DNA of 64,000 nucleotides from Eubacteriales bacterium (GTDB taxonomy: Bacteria; Bacillota; Clostridia; Oscillospirales; CAG-272), in contig JAZPZY010000003.1 in the NCBI GenBank assembly GCA_045544955.1, forward strand, positions 5,168 through 69,167, given 5' to 3'. Positions 8,861 to 18,677 of the stretch are shown here, piece by piece. Numbering within the stretch: position 1 is the stretch's first letter; every line of letters starts with the position of its first letter. The notes under the pieces were generated by a model that was not told the origin of the DNA, did no database searches, and was given only the letters and a program-made list of their open reading frames with translations. Position numbers and translations under genes: made by a program.

Positions 8861-9427
8861 TCAGTCCGGCCGGCTCCAATCACTCTCATACAACCAGCAC
8901 GTTTTTTCATGGGAACAGATCATACCGATCGCCTGCAGATAGGAATATATAATGGTGGAGCCCACGAATCGCATGCCCCGTTTCTGCAGATCGCCGGAGA
9001 TAGCATCCGACAGGGCGTTTTTGGTCTTCTCCGTTTCGTACAGGATTCCCTCTCCGGCAAACGTCCGCAGATACCTGTAAAAGGAACCGTATTCCCGGAC
9101 GATCTCCCGGAAGATCCGGCTGTTTTCGATACTGGCAAGGATCTTCCGTTTATTGCGGATGATGCCTTTATTGTTCAGCAGCTCGCGGATCTTGCTCTCC
9201 CCGTACCCGCCTATTTTTTCCGGATCGAAGCCGTCGTACGCCGCCCGGAAATTCTCCCGCTTATTCAGCACGCACTCCCAGGAAAGCCCTGCCTGAAACG
9301 ATTCCAGCAGAAGCATTTCAAAAAGATACCGGTCATCAAAGCGGGGCCGGCACCACTCGCCGTCGTGATACGCCACGTAGATCGGATTTTTTCCGTTACA
9401 CCAACTGCACCGATTTTTGTCCGTCAT
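8861..9427 (-). CDS. tag: DNA-3-methyladenine glycosylase I
   Basis: 188 aa. CSWC zinc-snap start and YHDGEWCRP...FEMLLLESFQAGLSWECVLNKRENFRAAYDGFDP are typical of Tag. Confidence 0.9.
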   Translation of the reverse strand: MTDKNRCSWCNGKNPIYVAYHDGEWCRPRFDDRYLFEMLLLESFQAGLSWECVLNKRENFRAAYDGFDPEKIGGYGESKIRELLNNKGIIRNKRKILASIENSRIFREIVREYGSFYRYLRTFAGEGILYETEKTKNALSDAISGDLQKRGMRFVGSTIIYSYLQAIGMICSHEKTCWLYESDWSRPD

Positions 9428-9441
9428 ATTCTATCCCCATC

Positions 9442-9918
9442 CTATTCAATTTCCGTACGTATGGTAAAGGTTTCGGGCAGATGGAAAATATCTTTTTTCA
9501 AAAACTGCGGATAAAAATACGCGTCCTTCAATCGTTCAAACGACAACCATTCAAACGTATGTACTCGATTCCCTTCTCTTGTTGTAAACGTGCTACCTTT
9601 ATCTAAAAGGTCGGTATCGGAAATATCCATCAGAAAATAAACACAAAGTTCGTGATAGTTTAAGCCATCCACGTCTTCCGTGAAAAACGCTTGATTCAAC
9701 CACAAGGGACGAATGATTTTGGGAGTTATCTGAAGTTCCTCCCGCACCTCTCGTATGACGGCATTCTCTGCCGTTTCCCCTATCGTCACCCTTCCGCCCG
9801 GCAAATAATAATAGGGAGACCTCTCGTCGTGCATTGCCAGGATCTTTCCATCTGAAATCATCATGGCACATACTCTGTAATTAAATTTTTTATCCCCTGC
9901 TTCAAATGTTATATCCAT
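9442..9918 (-). CDS. NUDIX hydrolase
   Basis: Nudix box GGRVTIGETAENAVIREVREELQI. ATG 9918 (MDITFEAGDKK) with a GAGGTG RBS is preferred over the TTG at 9939. Confidence 0.85.
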   Translation of the reverse strand: MDITFEAGDKKFNYRVCAMMISDGKILAMHDERSPYYYLPGGRVTIGETAENAVIREVREELQITPKIIRPLWLNQAFFTEDVDGLNYHELCVYFLMDISDTDLLDKGSTFTTREGNRVHTFEWLSFERLKDAYFYPQFLKKDIFHLPETFTIRTEIE

Positions 9919-9968
9919 CGCACGACACACCTCTTTCAAAAGCAGTTTTGCAAATTTTTCCCGTATTC

Positions 9969-9997
9969 ATTATAACACAACCGCACCGCATTTTCAA
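9969..9997 (-). promoter_or_regulatory. sigma-A type promoter for the NUDIX-tag operon
   Basis: Minus strand reads TTGAAA (9997-9992), 17 nt, TATAAT (9974-9969). Confidence 0.65.
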
Positions 9998-10055
9998 CCG
10001 CCGCCGAAAAGGATCGACTTTTTGAAAATTTTTCGCATACTCCGGCAAAGCCCTC

Positions 10056-10084
10056 TTGAAAACCGCATCCGGGCGTGGTAGAAT
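10056..10084 (+). promoter_or_regulatory. sigma-A type promoter for the rhamnosidase operon
   Basis: TTGAAA (10056-10061), 17 nt, TAGAAT (10079-10084), 55 nt upstream of ATG 10139. Confidence 0.6.
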
Positions 10085-10138
10085 GTTGTAAATGCATTTT
10101 CACAGCGTCAACATGCGTAAGAAAGGATCCTCTGTTTT

Positions 10139-12385
10139 ATGAATAACGCCGCAAAATGGATCGCCAGCCCCGATAATGTGGGCAGCAGTACACGAAACTT
10201 CACAAAAGAATTTTGTCTTGCCAAAGGAAAAACCGTGCGGAATGCGGTGCTTTCCGCCTCCGCGATCGGCACGTACGCCGCTTTTCTCAATGGATGCCGC
10301 ATCGGGAAATCCGTACTTGCCCCGGGGTGGACCTGCTATCACACACGGGTGCAGTATCAGACGTATGACGTAACGGCGCTTCTTGCCGATACGAACACCC
10401 TTTCCATCGGTGTGGGCTGCGGATGGGCATGCAGTCACATTGGCGGCGACCGCGGAAGGTATGCGGACAACCCTGCCGTAATTGCCCATTTGCACATCAC
10501 CTATGCGGACGGAACGGAAGAATCCGTTTTCACGGAGGAAAGCTGGTGCGTATCCACCACGGAAGTGCTCTTTTCCGAGATCTACCACGGCGAAACGGTG
10601 GACAAAACCGCCGAGATCCGAAACCTCGGTCACGCCGTGCCCACTGAGATCACGGCCGAGCTCATTCCGCAGGTGGGTGAATATATCACGGAGCAGGAGC
10701 GTCTTGCACCCGTTTCTCTGATCGTCACGCCCAAGGGGGAAAGAGTGATCGATTTCGGTCAGAACATGACCGGCTACGTGGAAGTATCCATCCATGCCCC
10801 CCGGGGCAGCCGCATCGTTCTGCATCATGCGGAGGTGCTGGACGGAGACGGCAATTTCTATAACGAAAACTACCGTTCCGCCAAAAACGAAGTAATCTAC
10901 ATCACAAGCGGCGGCGAGGACATCTTCAAGCCCACGTACACGTTCCAGGGATTCCGGTACGTAAAACTTACGGAATACCCCTTTGACACGGTGGATTTAT
11001 CCGGGTTCCGCGCCATCGTGGTACATTCCGATCTGAAGCGCACCGGCCGCTACCGCTGTGGTAATGAGAAAATCAATCAGCTGTATCACAACGTGCTCTG
11101 GGGACAGAAGTCCAATTATCTGGACATTCCCACCGACTGCCCCCAGCGGGATGAACGGCTTGGCTGGACCGGCGACACGCAGGTGTTCTGCCGCACCGGT
11201 GCCATCAACTACGACGTGGAACGCTTCTTCACAAAATGGCTGGGGGATGCCGCCATTGAACAGCGGCGGTACGTTGGTGCCATTCCGGGCATCGTCCCCG
11301 TCCCCGTCAAATCCCTGTCCCGCTTCTCGGCGGCATGGGGCGACGCCGCCTGCATCGTTCCCTGGGAGATCTATCTTGCTTACGGCAGCAAATCCCTTTT
11401 GAAAAAGCATTTTCCCCTGATGAAAAACTGGGTAGATTATCTTCGTAAAGCAGGACCGGAAGAATACCTGTGGCTGGGCGGCATGCATTACGGGGACTGG
11501 CTGGCCATGGATGCGGGTGAGGATTCCTACGTTGGTGCCACCTCCAACGATCTTATCGCCAGTGCGTTCTTTGCCCATTCCACCGATCTTCTGGTACAGG
11601 CCGGCGAAGTTTTGGGCGAGGATATGACCGAGTATCGCACCCTGCACGAACGTATCGTCACGGCGTTCCGGGAATATTTCATGGAAAACGGCCTGCCGAA
11701 AGAAGAACTTCCCTACACGGAGGTGCTGATAAACGGCCGCACCGAGCCGATCGACACGGTACGCCGCGGCATTACGCAGACAGCTCTCACGCTGATTCTC
11801 CATTTCGGTCTGGCACGGGAAGAGGAACGCCCGGCCCTTGCCGCGAAGCTGGCTGCATTGATCCGTGAAAACGGCAACCGGATGACCACGGGATTCGTGG
11901 GCACGCCTTACATTCTGCATGCACTCTCCGAAAACGGCTATACGGATCTGGCTTACGAACTCCTCTTCCAGGAGAAAAATCCGTCCTGGCTGTACTCCGT
12001 ATGCCACGGTGCCACCACCATGTGGGAGCACTGGAACGGCATCAAGGAAGACGGCTCCTTCTGGAGCACGGATATGAATTCCTTCAATCACTACGCTTAC
12101 GGTGCGGTCTTTGACTGGATCTTCGGCGTTTCCTCCGGTATAAAGCCGGTGGCAGAAGCCCCTGCCTACCGGGAAATCAACATCGCCCCTCATCCGGACC
12201 GCCGGCTCGGATTTGCTGACGCATCCATCGATACACGATGCGGAACGGTACGTGTGCACTGGTATTATAAAGACGATACCGTGTACTATGAGGTGGAGAT
12301 TCCCGAGGGGGCCACAGCCCGTCTCACCCTGCCCTCCGGGCGAAAGGAGATGCTCACCGGCGGCAGCTGGTGCTTTGCCGAGTAA
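10139..12385 (+). CDS. alpha-L-rhamnosidase (GH78)
   Basis: 748 aa. Contains the DIPTDCPQRDERLGWTGDTQVF motif and the (alpha/alpha)6 region typical of GH78. Confidence 0.85.
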   Translation: MNNAAKWIASPDNVGSSTRNFTKEFCLAKGKTVRNAVLSASAIGTYAAFLNGCRIGKSVLAPGWTCYHTRVQYQTYDVTALLADTNTLSIGVGCGWACSHIGGDRGRYADNPAVIAHLHITYADGTEESVFTEESWCVSTTEVLFSEIYHGETVDKTAEIRNLGHAVPTEITAELIPQVGEYITEQERLAPVSLIVTPKGERVIDFGQNMTGYVEVSIHAPRGSRIVLHHAEVLDGDGNFYNENYRSAKNEVIYITSGGEDIFKPTYTFQGFRYVKLTEYPFDTVDLSGFRAIVVHSDLKRTGRYRCGNEKINQLYHNVLWGQKSNYLDIPTDCPQRDERLGWTGDTQVFCRTGAINYDVERFFTKWLGDAAIEQRRYVGAIPGIVPVPVKSLSRFSAAWGDAACIVPWEIYLAYGSKSLLKKHFPLMKNWVDYLRKAGPEEYLWLGGMHYGDWLAMDAGEDSYVGATSNDLIASAFFAHSTDLLVQAGEVLGEDMTEYRTLHERIVTAFREYFMENGLPKEELPYTEVLINGRTEPIDTVRRGITQTALTLILHFGLAREEERPALAAKLAALIRENGNRMTTGFVGTPYILHALSENGYTDLAYELLFQEKNPSWLYSVCHGATTMWEHWNGIKEDGSFWSTDMNSFNHYAYGAVFDWIFGVSSGIKPVAEAPAYREINIAPHPDRRLGFADASIDTRCGTVRVHWYYKDDTVYYEVEIPEGATARLTLPSGRKEMLTGGSWCFAE

Positions 12386-12406
12386 TCTTCCGGAAAGGAT
12401 ACTGTT

Positions 12407-15331
12407 ATGAACAAATGGATTGATGCAATCCGTGCGAACGCATCTGCTTACGGCAGTCTGCCGTTCTGGAGCTGGAACGATAAGCTGGACGGGGACGAGC
12501 TTCGCCGGCAGATCCGCCACATGAAAGAGATCGGCATGAACGGCTTTTTCATGCACGCGCGTGGCGGACTGGAAACGGAATATATGTCTAACGAGTGGTT
12601 CCGGTGCATAAACGACTGTATTGACGAGGCGAAAAAGCTGGGGATGGAGGCCTGGGCATACGATGAAAACGGCTGGCCCTCCGGCTTCGCCGGCGGTGCG
12701 CTTCTGAAAGACAAGAAGAATTTTGCCATTGCCATGGAACACAGAACCGGGGCGTTTCCCACCCTCAACGAAGATATCATCGCCGTATACAAAATCAACG
12801 GGGACGGCACGTTTACCCACGTGACGGAAGATATCGGGGAAAAGGAATACCTGATCCTGTACAAACGGTACGACGAAAGCTACGTGGACACGATGGACGG
12901 CTCCATTACTGAACAGTTTATCAAAGCCACTCACGAGCGGTACAAAGAGCGGATCGGCAAAGAAGATTTCGGCAGTACCAATATGCCCGGCTTTTTCACG
13001 GATGAGCCCCAGTATTACCGCTGGGGAAACCCGTACTCCAATATTCTGCCGGAGGAGTTTCAGAAAGCGTACGGATACAGCATTTTTGACAAGCTGCCTG
13101 CCGTCTTTTTCGATTTTGACGGGGCGGACAAATTCCGTTACGATTATTACTATCTTCTCCATAAGCTGTTTATCAACAATTTTATAAAGAAGATTTACGA
13201 CTGGTGCGAGGAAAACGGCTTACAGCTGACGGGGCACGCCGTGGAAGAGCAGAATCTGCCGGGGCAGATGATGTGCTGCGGCGGCGTCATGCCCTTTTAT
13301 CTCTACGAGCACATCCCGGGCATCGACTATCTCTGCCGGGGAATGCAGGAAGACACCTCCGCAAAGCAGCTGGGCAGCGTCTGTGCCCAGACGGGCAGAA
13401 AAAAAGCCCTGTCCGAAATGTTTGCCTGCTGCGGCTGGGACGTCTCGCCGAAGGAGCTGAAACGCATTGCCGAAATGCAGTATGCAAACGGCGTAAATCT
13501 CATGTGCCAGCATCTGTATCCCTATTCGGAACGGGGACAGCGGAAAAGGGACTACCCACTGCACTACTCCCGCCACAATCCCTGGCACGAAAAAATGGCG
13601 GAGTTTGATCTGTACTTTGCCAATCTGGGTGCGGCTCTTTCCAGAGGAGAGGAATACGCTCCGGTTTTGGTCATTCATCCCGTGCACGGTGCGTACTGCA
13701 AGTACAAAAAGGACACGGATTCCCTGAGTGAGATCAACGGAAAATTCGTGGAACTCTCCCGTCTTCTCGGACAGAATCAGATCCCGTATCATTACGGGGA
13801 CGAATGGATGATGGAAACGATGGCAGAGGTGTGCGGCGACAGCATCCGCGTGGGCAAATGCACCTACCGTGCCGTGGTGATCCCGTTCACCTATTCCCTG
13901 GACAAAAACACGGTACGCCTCTTGCAGGAATACCGAAAAAACGGCGGTAAGATCTGGCTGTTTTCGGACGTGCCGCCTTACGTGGACGGTACCCCTTGCG
14001 ATCTGTCTTTTCTCACCGCCAACATGACCTTTACCGATCTTCTGGCCATGCGGGACGCGGTGATAACGAAAAACGGCGAAACCGTACCGCAGATCCGGAA
14101 AGCCACCCGGATGATGGGAGAGGATCGGCTGGTATTTCTCGCCAATATTACGGCAGAGGATCTGTATCCGGTACAGGTATCCCTTCCCGCAGGGCACTGG
14201 GCGGCACTGGATATGCACACGCTGGAAGCAAAACCGCTCCGTCAAAAGGAAGAAAACGGACGGGTGACCGTCACGCTTTCCTTTGCCGATGCCCAGTCGT
14301 ACGTGCTCGTCTCCGGCCAAGCTATTCTCCCGCTGCCCGCCGCAGCCGATCCTGCGCCGGTTTCCGACTGTATCCCGATCCCGCAAACGGTAAAACTGGC
14401 AAAGCCGGTGGACAACGTTCTGACGCTGGATACGGCATCCCTCTCAAAAGACGGCGTGCACTACGCCGAGCCGCTGTTTCTGGCCGGCATCCGGGACAAT
14501 CTGTTAAGAGAGCGCTACGACGGCAAGGTATTTCTGAAATTCACCTATGAAGCGGATTTTCTCCCCCAAACGCTCCGTCTCGCCGTCGAGCCCATGTACG
14601 AATCCATCCTGGTGAACGGAACGGAGGTGTTCCCCGATCCGTCAAAGAGCTGGTTTGATCCCTCTATCGCCACGGCAGAGATCGCAAATCTTACGAAGAT
14701 CGGCAAAAACGAGATCGTCATCACCATAAATCACCATCAAAGCGATTACGTGTATTACGTGCTGTACGGCGGTGTATCGGAAACGCTTCGCAACTGTCTC
14801 CTCTTTGACGTAGAGATCGAAAATGTCTATCTCATCGGTGATTTTGCACTCCGCTGTGACGGCACCTTTACCGACGGCGTGCGTGCCTCCGTGGAATATG
14901 ACGGCGGATTCGCACTGACAAAGCAGCCGGACACCGTTCCCGCAAGGGATATCGTCCGGGGCGGATATCCGTTCTACGCCGGAAAGATCGTCACGGAATT
15001 CTCCTATGATTACACCCCCGGCGCCCCTACGGTATTGAAGCTGGACGGCCGCTTTGCCGCCGCTGATATCCGGGTAAACGGGAACGATGCCGGCAGTATG
15101 CTGTTTTCCCGCACGCTGGATCTCACGCCCGTTCTGAAACCGGGAGAAAACCGCATAGAAGTCACCTTGTGCAATTCCATGCGGAACGCCATGGGCCCCC
15201 ATCACAGGCAAGATCCCGAACCGCACGATATATGGGTGCAGACGCTCTCCTTTGAGAAGGAATGGAACGGGTGTCACTGCGAGGACTATCTGGATCGCTA
15301 CGCGTTCGTACGCTACGGTATGACCGAGTAA
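12407..15331 (+). CDS. large glycoside-hydrolase-like protein (TIM-barrel N-terminus plus jelly-roll/sugar-binding C-terminal domains; family not assignable by eye)
   Basis: 974 aa. N-terminus GSLPFWSWNDKLDGDELRRQIRHMKEIGMNGFFMHARGGLETEYMS matches a pattern I recall from large Firmicute glycosidases. 21 nt downstream of GH78, so likely co-transcribed. Confidence 0.6.
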   Translation: MNKWIDAIRANASAYGSLPFWSWNDKLDGDELRRQIRHMKEIGMNGFFMHARGGLETEYMSNEWFRCINDCIDEAKKLGMEAWAYDENGWPSGFAGGALLKDKKNFAIAMEHRTGAFPTLNEDIIAVYKINGDGTFTHVTEDIGEKEYLILYKRYDESYVDTMDGSITEQFIKATHERYKERIGKEDFGSTNMPGFFTDEPQYYRWGNPYSNILPEEFQKAYGYSIFDKLPAVFFDFDGADKFRYDYYYLLHKLFINNFIKKIYDWCEENGLQLTGHAVEEQNLPGQMMCCGGVMPFYLYEHIPGIDYLCRGMQEDTSAKQLGSVCAQTGRKKALSEMFACCGWDVSPKELKRIAEMQYANGVNLMCQHLYPYSERGQRKRDYPLHYSRHNPWHEKMAEFDLYFANLGAALSRGEEYAPVLVIHPVHGAYCKYKKDTDSLSEINGKFVELSRLLGQNQIPYHYGDEWMMETMAEVCGDSIRVGKCTYRAVVIPFTYSLDKNTVRLLQEYRKNGGKIWLFSDVPPYVDGTPCDLSFLTANMTFTDLLAMRDAVITKNGETVPQIRKATRMMGEDRLVFLANITAEDLYPVQVSLPAGHWAALDMHTLEAKPLRQKEENGRVTVTLSFADAQSYVLVSGQAILPLPAAADPAPVSDCIPIPQTVKLAKPVDNVLTLDTASLSKDGVHYAEPLFLAGIRDNLLRERYDGKVFLKFTYEADFLPQTLRLAVEPMYESILVNGTEVFPDPSKSWFDPSIATAEIANLTKIGKNEIVITINHHQSDYVYYVLYGGVSETLRNCLLFDVEIENVYLIGDFALRCDGTFTDGVRASVEYDGGFALTKQPDTVPARDIVRGGYPFYAGKIVTEFSYDYTPGAPTVLKLDGRFAAADIRVNGNDAGSMLFSRTLDLTPVLKPGENRIEVTLCNSMRNAMGPHHRQDPEPHDIWVQTLSFEKEWNGCHCEDYLDRYAFVRYGMTE

Positions 15332-15335
15332 CAGC

Positions 15336-15372
15336 AAAAAAGGAAACTGCCGAAATGGCAGTTTCCTTTTTT
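15336..15372. terminator. bidirectional intrinsic terminator
   Basis: AAAAAAGGAAACTGCC-GAAA-GGCAGTTTCCTTTTTT between convergent stops at 15331 and 15376. Confidence 0.85.
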
Positions 15373-15375
15373 GCA

Positions 15376-16614
15376 TCAGCGTACGATTTTCCGGGCTTCC
15401 AGGTAATACCGCTTACTGCGTGCCTCTCCCATAGAGAAGGTCTTTCGCGGCAGCGTGCCGTGGTTCAGCACGTAGGGGAAAAGCTCTTCCTTTGCCATAC
15501 CGTCAAACAAAAATCCAACCGATCCCGGACGGGCGGCAAGGGAAAGAAGCGAGGCTTCGTCGTGGATATAGTCACACTTCACACCGGGATGGGACTCCGC
15601 ATATCCGTCGATGAAATCCTGCAGCGTGCCAACGGTCAGTGCATGAGTCGGTGCGGTGAAGGTCACGGTTTTATCCGATGAGCCGGTCAGCACCCGCACC
15701 GTCTGTGCTCCCGTTCCCATGGCGGTGATCTTCAAAAGGGCGGCGGTGAAATCGTCAGGATCGCATCCCGTAACCACCCGGTAGATGGGCTCAAAATCCA
15801 GTGCTTCATCCTCCAGGGCAGTCAACTCCACAAGGGCGTACCGTGCCGGATGATCGCCGGCGGCACTTCCCTCTTTGGCTTTGATATTCTCATAATGGGC
15901 TTTGGCGGCGGCAAGCGAATGGTTGCCGTCTCCTACGGCGTACACCAAGCCCTCCCCCCGGGCGGATTCATACGCCGAAAGCTTCTGAAGCACGGCGGCG
16001 AGAGCCTCGCCGCTTATGCGGTAGCCTTTTACGTGACCGCCGTCCAGCATCAGATCAAAATCATAAAGGCAGGTGTAACCGTCCTTCCCGGCGGCGACGG
16101 ACGCCATAAATCCGTCCGTATCGTTCATCAGAAGCATCACGTGGGGCAGTTCCAGAGGGGCAGCAGAGCGGATCGCCACACGGGGCGGGATCCGTTCCAA
16201 AACCGTTGCCTCCGTGGCACGCACGGCAGGGGCAGAGCCTTTGGCATAATCGTAGCGGTTCAGATCGATCCTGCCCACGATTCCCCGGCGCACCCGTCCG
16301 TCCGGCAGGGTGCGTTCCAGATACAGCAGACTGTCTTTGTATTCTTTCAGAAATCCGTTTTGCACCGTTTCCATCTCCTGTGCGATGCGGGATTTCTTCT
16401 CCGCTTCCTTCTCCGTTTCCAGATACGCTTCCGGCAGAACGAGATGAAGGGCGGAAGGGGCGTTTTCGGCAATAGCCTCCGCCGTCTCCCAGTAAGACGG
16501 CTCGGACGTGAACTGGTCGCAGGCAATCACCGCCCATTTCGTCCAAGCGGAATCGTTTTTTTCATACGGCGGCAGAAGAAAATCCGCCGGCGAAAAGATC
16601 GTTTTCATAAGCAT
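15376..16614 (-). CDS. DUF1015 domain-containing protein
   Basis: 412 aa. FSPADFLLPP...WAVIACDQFTSEPSYWE resembles the DUF1015 N-terminal signature. Confidence 0.75.
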   Translation of the reverse strand: MLMKTIFSPADFLLPPYEKNDSAWTKWAVIACDQFTSEPSYWETAEAIAENAPSALHLVLPEAYLETEKEAEKKSRIAQEMETVQNGFLKEYKDSLLYLERTLPDGRVRRGIVGRIDLNRYDYAKGSAPAVRATEATVLERIPPRVAIRSAAPLELPHVMLLMNDTDGFMASVAAGKDGYTCLYDFDLMLDGGHVKGYRISGEALAAVLQKLSAYESARGEGLVYAVGDGNHSLAAAKAHYENIKAKEGSAAGDHPARYALVELTALEDEALDFEPIYRVVTGCDPDDFTAALLKITAMGTGAQTVRVLTGSSDKTVTFTAPTHALTVGTLQDFIDGYAESHPGVKCDYIHDEASLLSLAARPGSVGFLFDGMAKEELFPYVLNHGTLPRKTFSMGEARSKRYYLEARKIVR

Positions 16615-16643
16615 AGAGGCACCTCGTATTTTCGTGTTACCCT

Positions 16644-16672
16644 ATTATAATACAGAAATCGCCCGCTGTCAA
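16644..16672 (-). promoter_or_regulatory. sigma-A type promoter for the DUF1015 gene
   Basis: Minus strand reads TTGACA (16672-16667), 17 nt, TATAAT (16649-16644). Confidence 0.7.
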
Positions 16673-16807
16673 TTTTTCCGTCAGAAAAGGCAAAATATTT
16701 CCCCGGATTCCACTTTCCCGTGCATCGGATTCGGTTCGGACGGAAGAAAACTGTATAATCGCATAATATTTTCTTGAATCCGGTGCATAATTTATCAAAT
16801 ACTGCCG

Positions 16808-16836
16808 TTGACAAACGCGGAAAAAATCCATATAAT
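16808..16836 (+). promoter_or_regulatory. sigma-A type promoter for aspartate kinase
   Basis: TTGACA (16808-16813), 17 nt, TATAAT (16831-16836). Leaves only about 35 nt of 5' UTR. Confidence 0.75.
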
Positions 16837-16875
16837 ATATAACATAGTAACTATTTCTGATGGGAGTATTATACA

Positions 16876-18219
16876 GTGAACGTGCAAAATTTTGCATCTA
16901 TCCCCGAAAATGCCGTAAAGGTCGTTAAATTTGGCGGCAGTTCTCTGGCAGACGCCGAGCATTTCCGCATGGTGGAAAGCATCGTCACGGCGGAAGCCTG
17001 CCGCCGTTACGTGGTTCCCTCCGCACCGGGCAAGCGTTTCAAGGAGGACGACAAGGTCACCGACCTTCTCTACAAATGCTACGAGGTATCCGGCGATCCG
17101 GCACAGCTGAAGGAAGTGTTCGCCCGGGTTATCGAACGGTACGAGCTGATCATCAAGGGACTGGGACTGGATCTTGACATGTCTCAGGAATACGAGCAGG
17201 TGCAGTACGCCATCCTGCATCACGCAGGCCGTGACTACGCCGCCAGCCGCGGCGAATACCTGAACGGTATCATCCTGGCCAAGCTTCTGGGATACGATTT
17301 CATTGACGCCGCCGAGGTGATCCGTTTCTCCGACAACGGCTCTTTTGACGGCGAGCTTACCAATCAGATCCTTGCCGAGAAGCTGAAAAAGCATGAGCGT
17401 GCCGTTATTCCCGGCTTCTACGGCTCCATGCCCAACGGCACGGTAAAGACCTTCTCCAGAGGCGGCCCCGACATCACCGGCTCCATCGTGGCACGGGCGG
17501 CCGAAGCGTACATTTACGAAAACTGGACGGACGTTTCCGGCTTCCTTATGGCGGATCCCCGCATCATTGACAATCCCCGCCCCATTGAGATCATCACGTA
17601 CAAGGAGTTGCGTGAGCTTTCCTACATGGGTGCCACGGTGCTTCACCAGGATTCCATCTTCCCCGTGCGTTTCGCCGGAATCCCGATCAACATCCGCAAC
17701 ACCAACGATCCGTCCTGCGCCGGCACGCTGATCGTGCCCTCTACGGACGATCTGTCCAGCGTAATTACCGGTATCGCAGGAAAGACCGGCTTCTCCGTTA
17801 TCAATATTGAAAAGGATATGATGAACTCCGAGCTGGGATTCGGCCGCCGGGTGCTGGAAGTGCTGGAAAAGGAGGGTATCTCCTTTGAGCATCTCCCCTC
17901 CGGTATCGACACCATGAGCGTCATTGTAAACACCTCGGACATTGCCTCCTGCCGCCAGCATGTTATCGACGAAATCTGCCGCAAGACCGAGCCGGAATTT
18001 ATCACGATCGAGGACGATCTGGCGCTGATCGCCGTTGTAGGCCGCGGTATGGTAAAAGCAAAAGGTACCGCCGCCAAGCTGTTCAAGGCGTGTGCCGAAG
18101 CTGACATCAACATCCGCATGATCGACCAGGGCTCCAGTGAGTTCAACATCATCATCGGTGTGGAGGCAAAAGATTTCGTACGTGCCCAGCAGGCGATCTA
18201 CAGCGAATTTGTAAAGTAA
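16876..18219 (+). CDS. aspartate kinase
   Basis: GTG start with a GGGAG RBS. VVKFGGSSLADAEHF kinase motif. C-terminal ACT repeats (ALIAVVGRGM...INIRMIDQGSSEFNIIIGV). Confidence 0.9.
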   Translation: MNVQNFASIPENAVKVVKFGGSSLADAEHFRMVESIVTAEACRRYVVPSAPGKRFKEDDKVTDLLYKCYEVSGDPAQLKEVFARVIERYELIIKGLGLDLDMSQEYEQVQYAILHHAGRDYAASRGEYLNGIILAKLLGYDFIDAAEVIRFSDNGSFDGELTNQILAEKLKKHERAVIPGFYGSMPNGTVKTFSRGGPDITGSIVARAAEAYIYENWTDVSGFLMADPRIIDNPRPIEIITYKELRELSYMGATVLHQDSIFPVRFAGIPINIRNTNDPSCAGTLIVPSTDDLSSVITGIAGKTGFSVINIEKDMMNSELGFGRRVLEVLEKEGISFEHLPSGIDTMSVIVNTSDIASCRQHVIDEICRKTEPEFITIEDDLALIAVVGRGMVKAKGTAAKLFKACAEADINIRMIDQGSSEFNIIIGVEAKDFVRAQQAIYSEFVK

Positions 18220-18243
18220 TCGGCCGGGCAGACAAACCAAAGT

Positions 18244-18281
18244 AAAAAACGCCTCCGATGTATTCGATCGGAGGCATTTTT
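18244..18281. terminator. bidirectional intrinsic terminator
   Basis: AAAAAA-GCCTCCGAT-loop-ATCGGAGGC-ATTTTT between aspartate kinase (+) and the HIT gene (-). Confidence 0.8.
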
Positions 18282-18306
18282 GCATCATTGGCTTATCAGA
18301 TTCTTA

Positions 18307-18645
18307 TCAGACGATACGCTCCGGCAGCGGCTCGCCGCCAAGAATGTGGAAATGCAGATGCGGCACGCTCTGTGCGGCATCCGCACCGCAGTTGGAGATC
18401 ACACGGTATCCGCCGAGGGCACCGGCTTCCTTTGCGATGGCAGGAATCTTCTCAAAGATATGCTGGACGTACACGCTGTTTTCCGGCGTCACCCCGTCCA
18501 TGGACGGAATATGTACCTTCGGGATCACCAGCACGTGCACCTTTGCCGACGGATTGATGTCGTAAAAGGCAAAGATCATGTCGTCCTCGTATACCTTTTT
18601 CGAGGGGATCTCCCCTTTGATGATTTTGCAGAAAATGCAGTCCAT
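18307..18645 (-). CDS. HIT (histidine triad) family protein
   Basis: 112 aa. CIFCKII start and the histidine triad HLHFHILGG. Confidence 0.9.
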   Translation of the reverse strand: MDCIFCKIIKGEIPSKKVYEDDMIFAFYDINPSAKVHVLVIPKVHIPSMDGVTPENSVYVQHIFEKIPAIAKEAGALGGYRVISNCGADAAQSVPHLHFHILGGEPLPERIV

Positions 18646-18677
18646 ATTCGTTTCTCCTTTATGTTAGAGTAAAATAA

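Noticed and set aside
10997-13162. 721-aa minus-strand ORF spanning the GH78/glycosidase junction
   Set aside because: It is antisense to two well-supported plus-strand genes and has no recognisable motifs. The same reasoning applies to 13220-14386, 16795-18288, 48740-49984, 51125-52285, 52641-54023, 53890-55467, 59510-61507, 62182-62856 and 62857-63918.
16615-16875. Lysine riboswitch or T-box in front of aspartate kinase
   Set aside because: The consensus promoter at 16808-16836 leaves about 35 nt of 5' UTR. The rest of the spacer belongs to the divergent DUF1015 promoter. No L-box or T-box conserved strings were seen.
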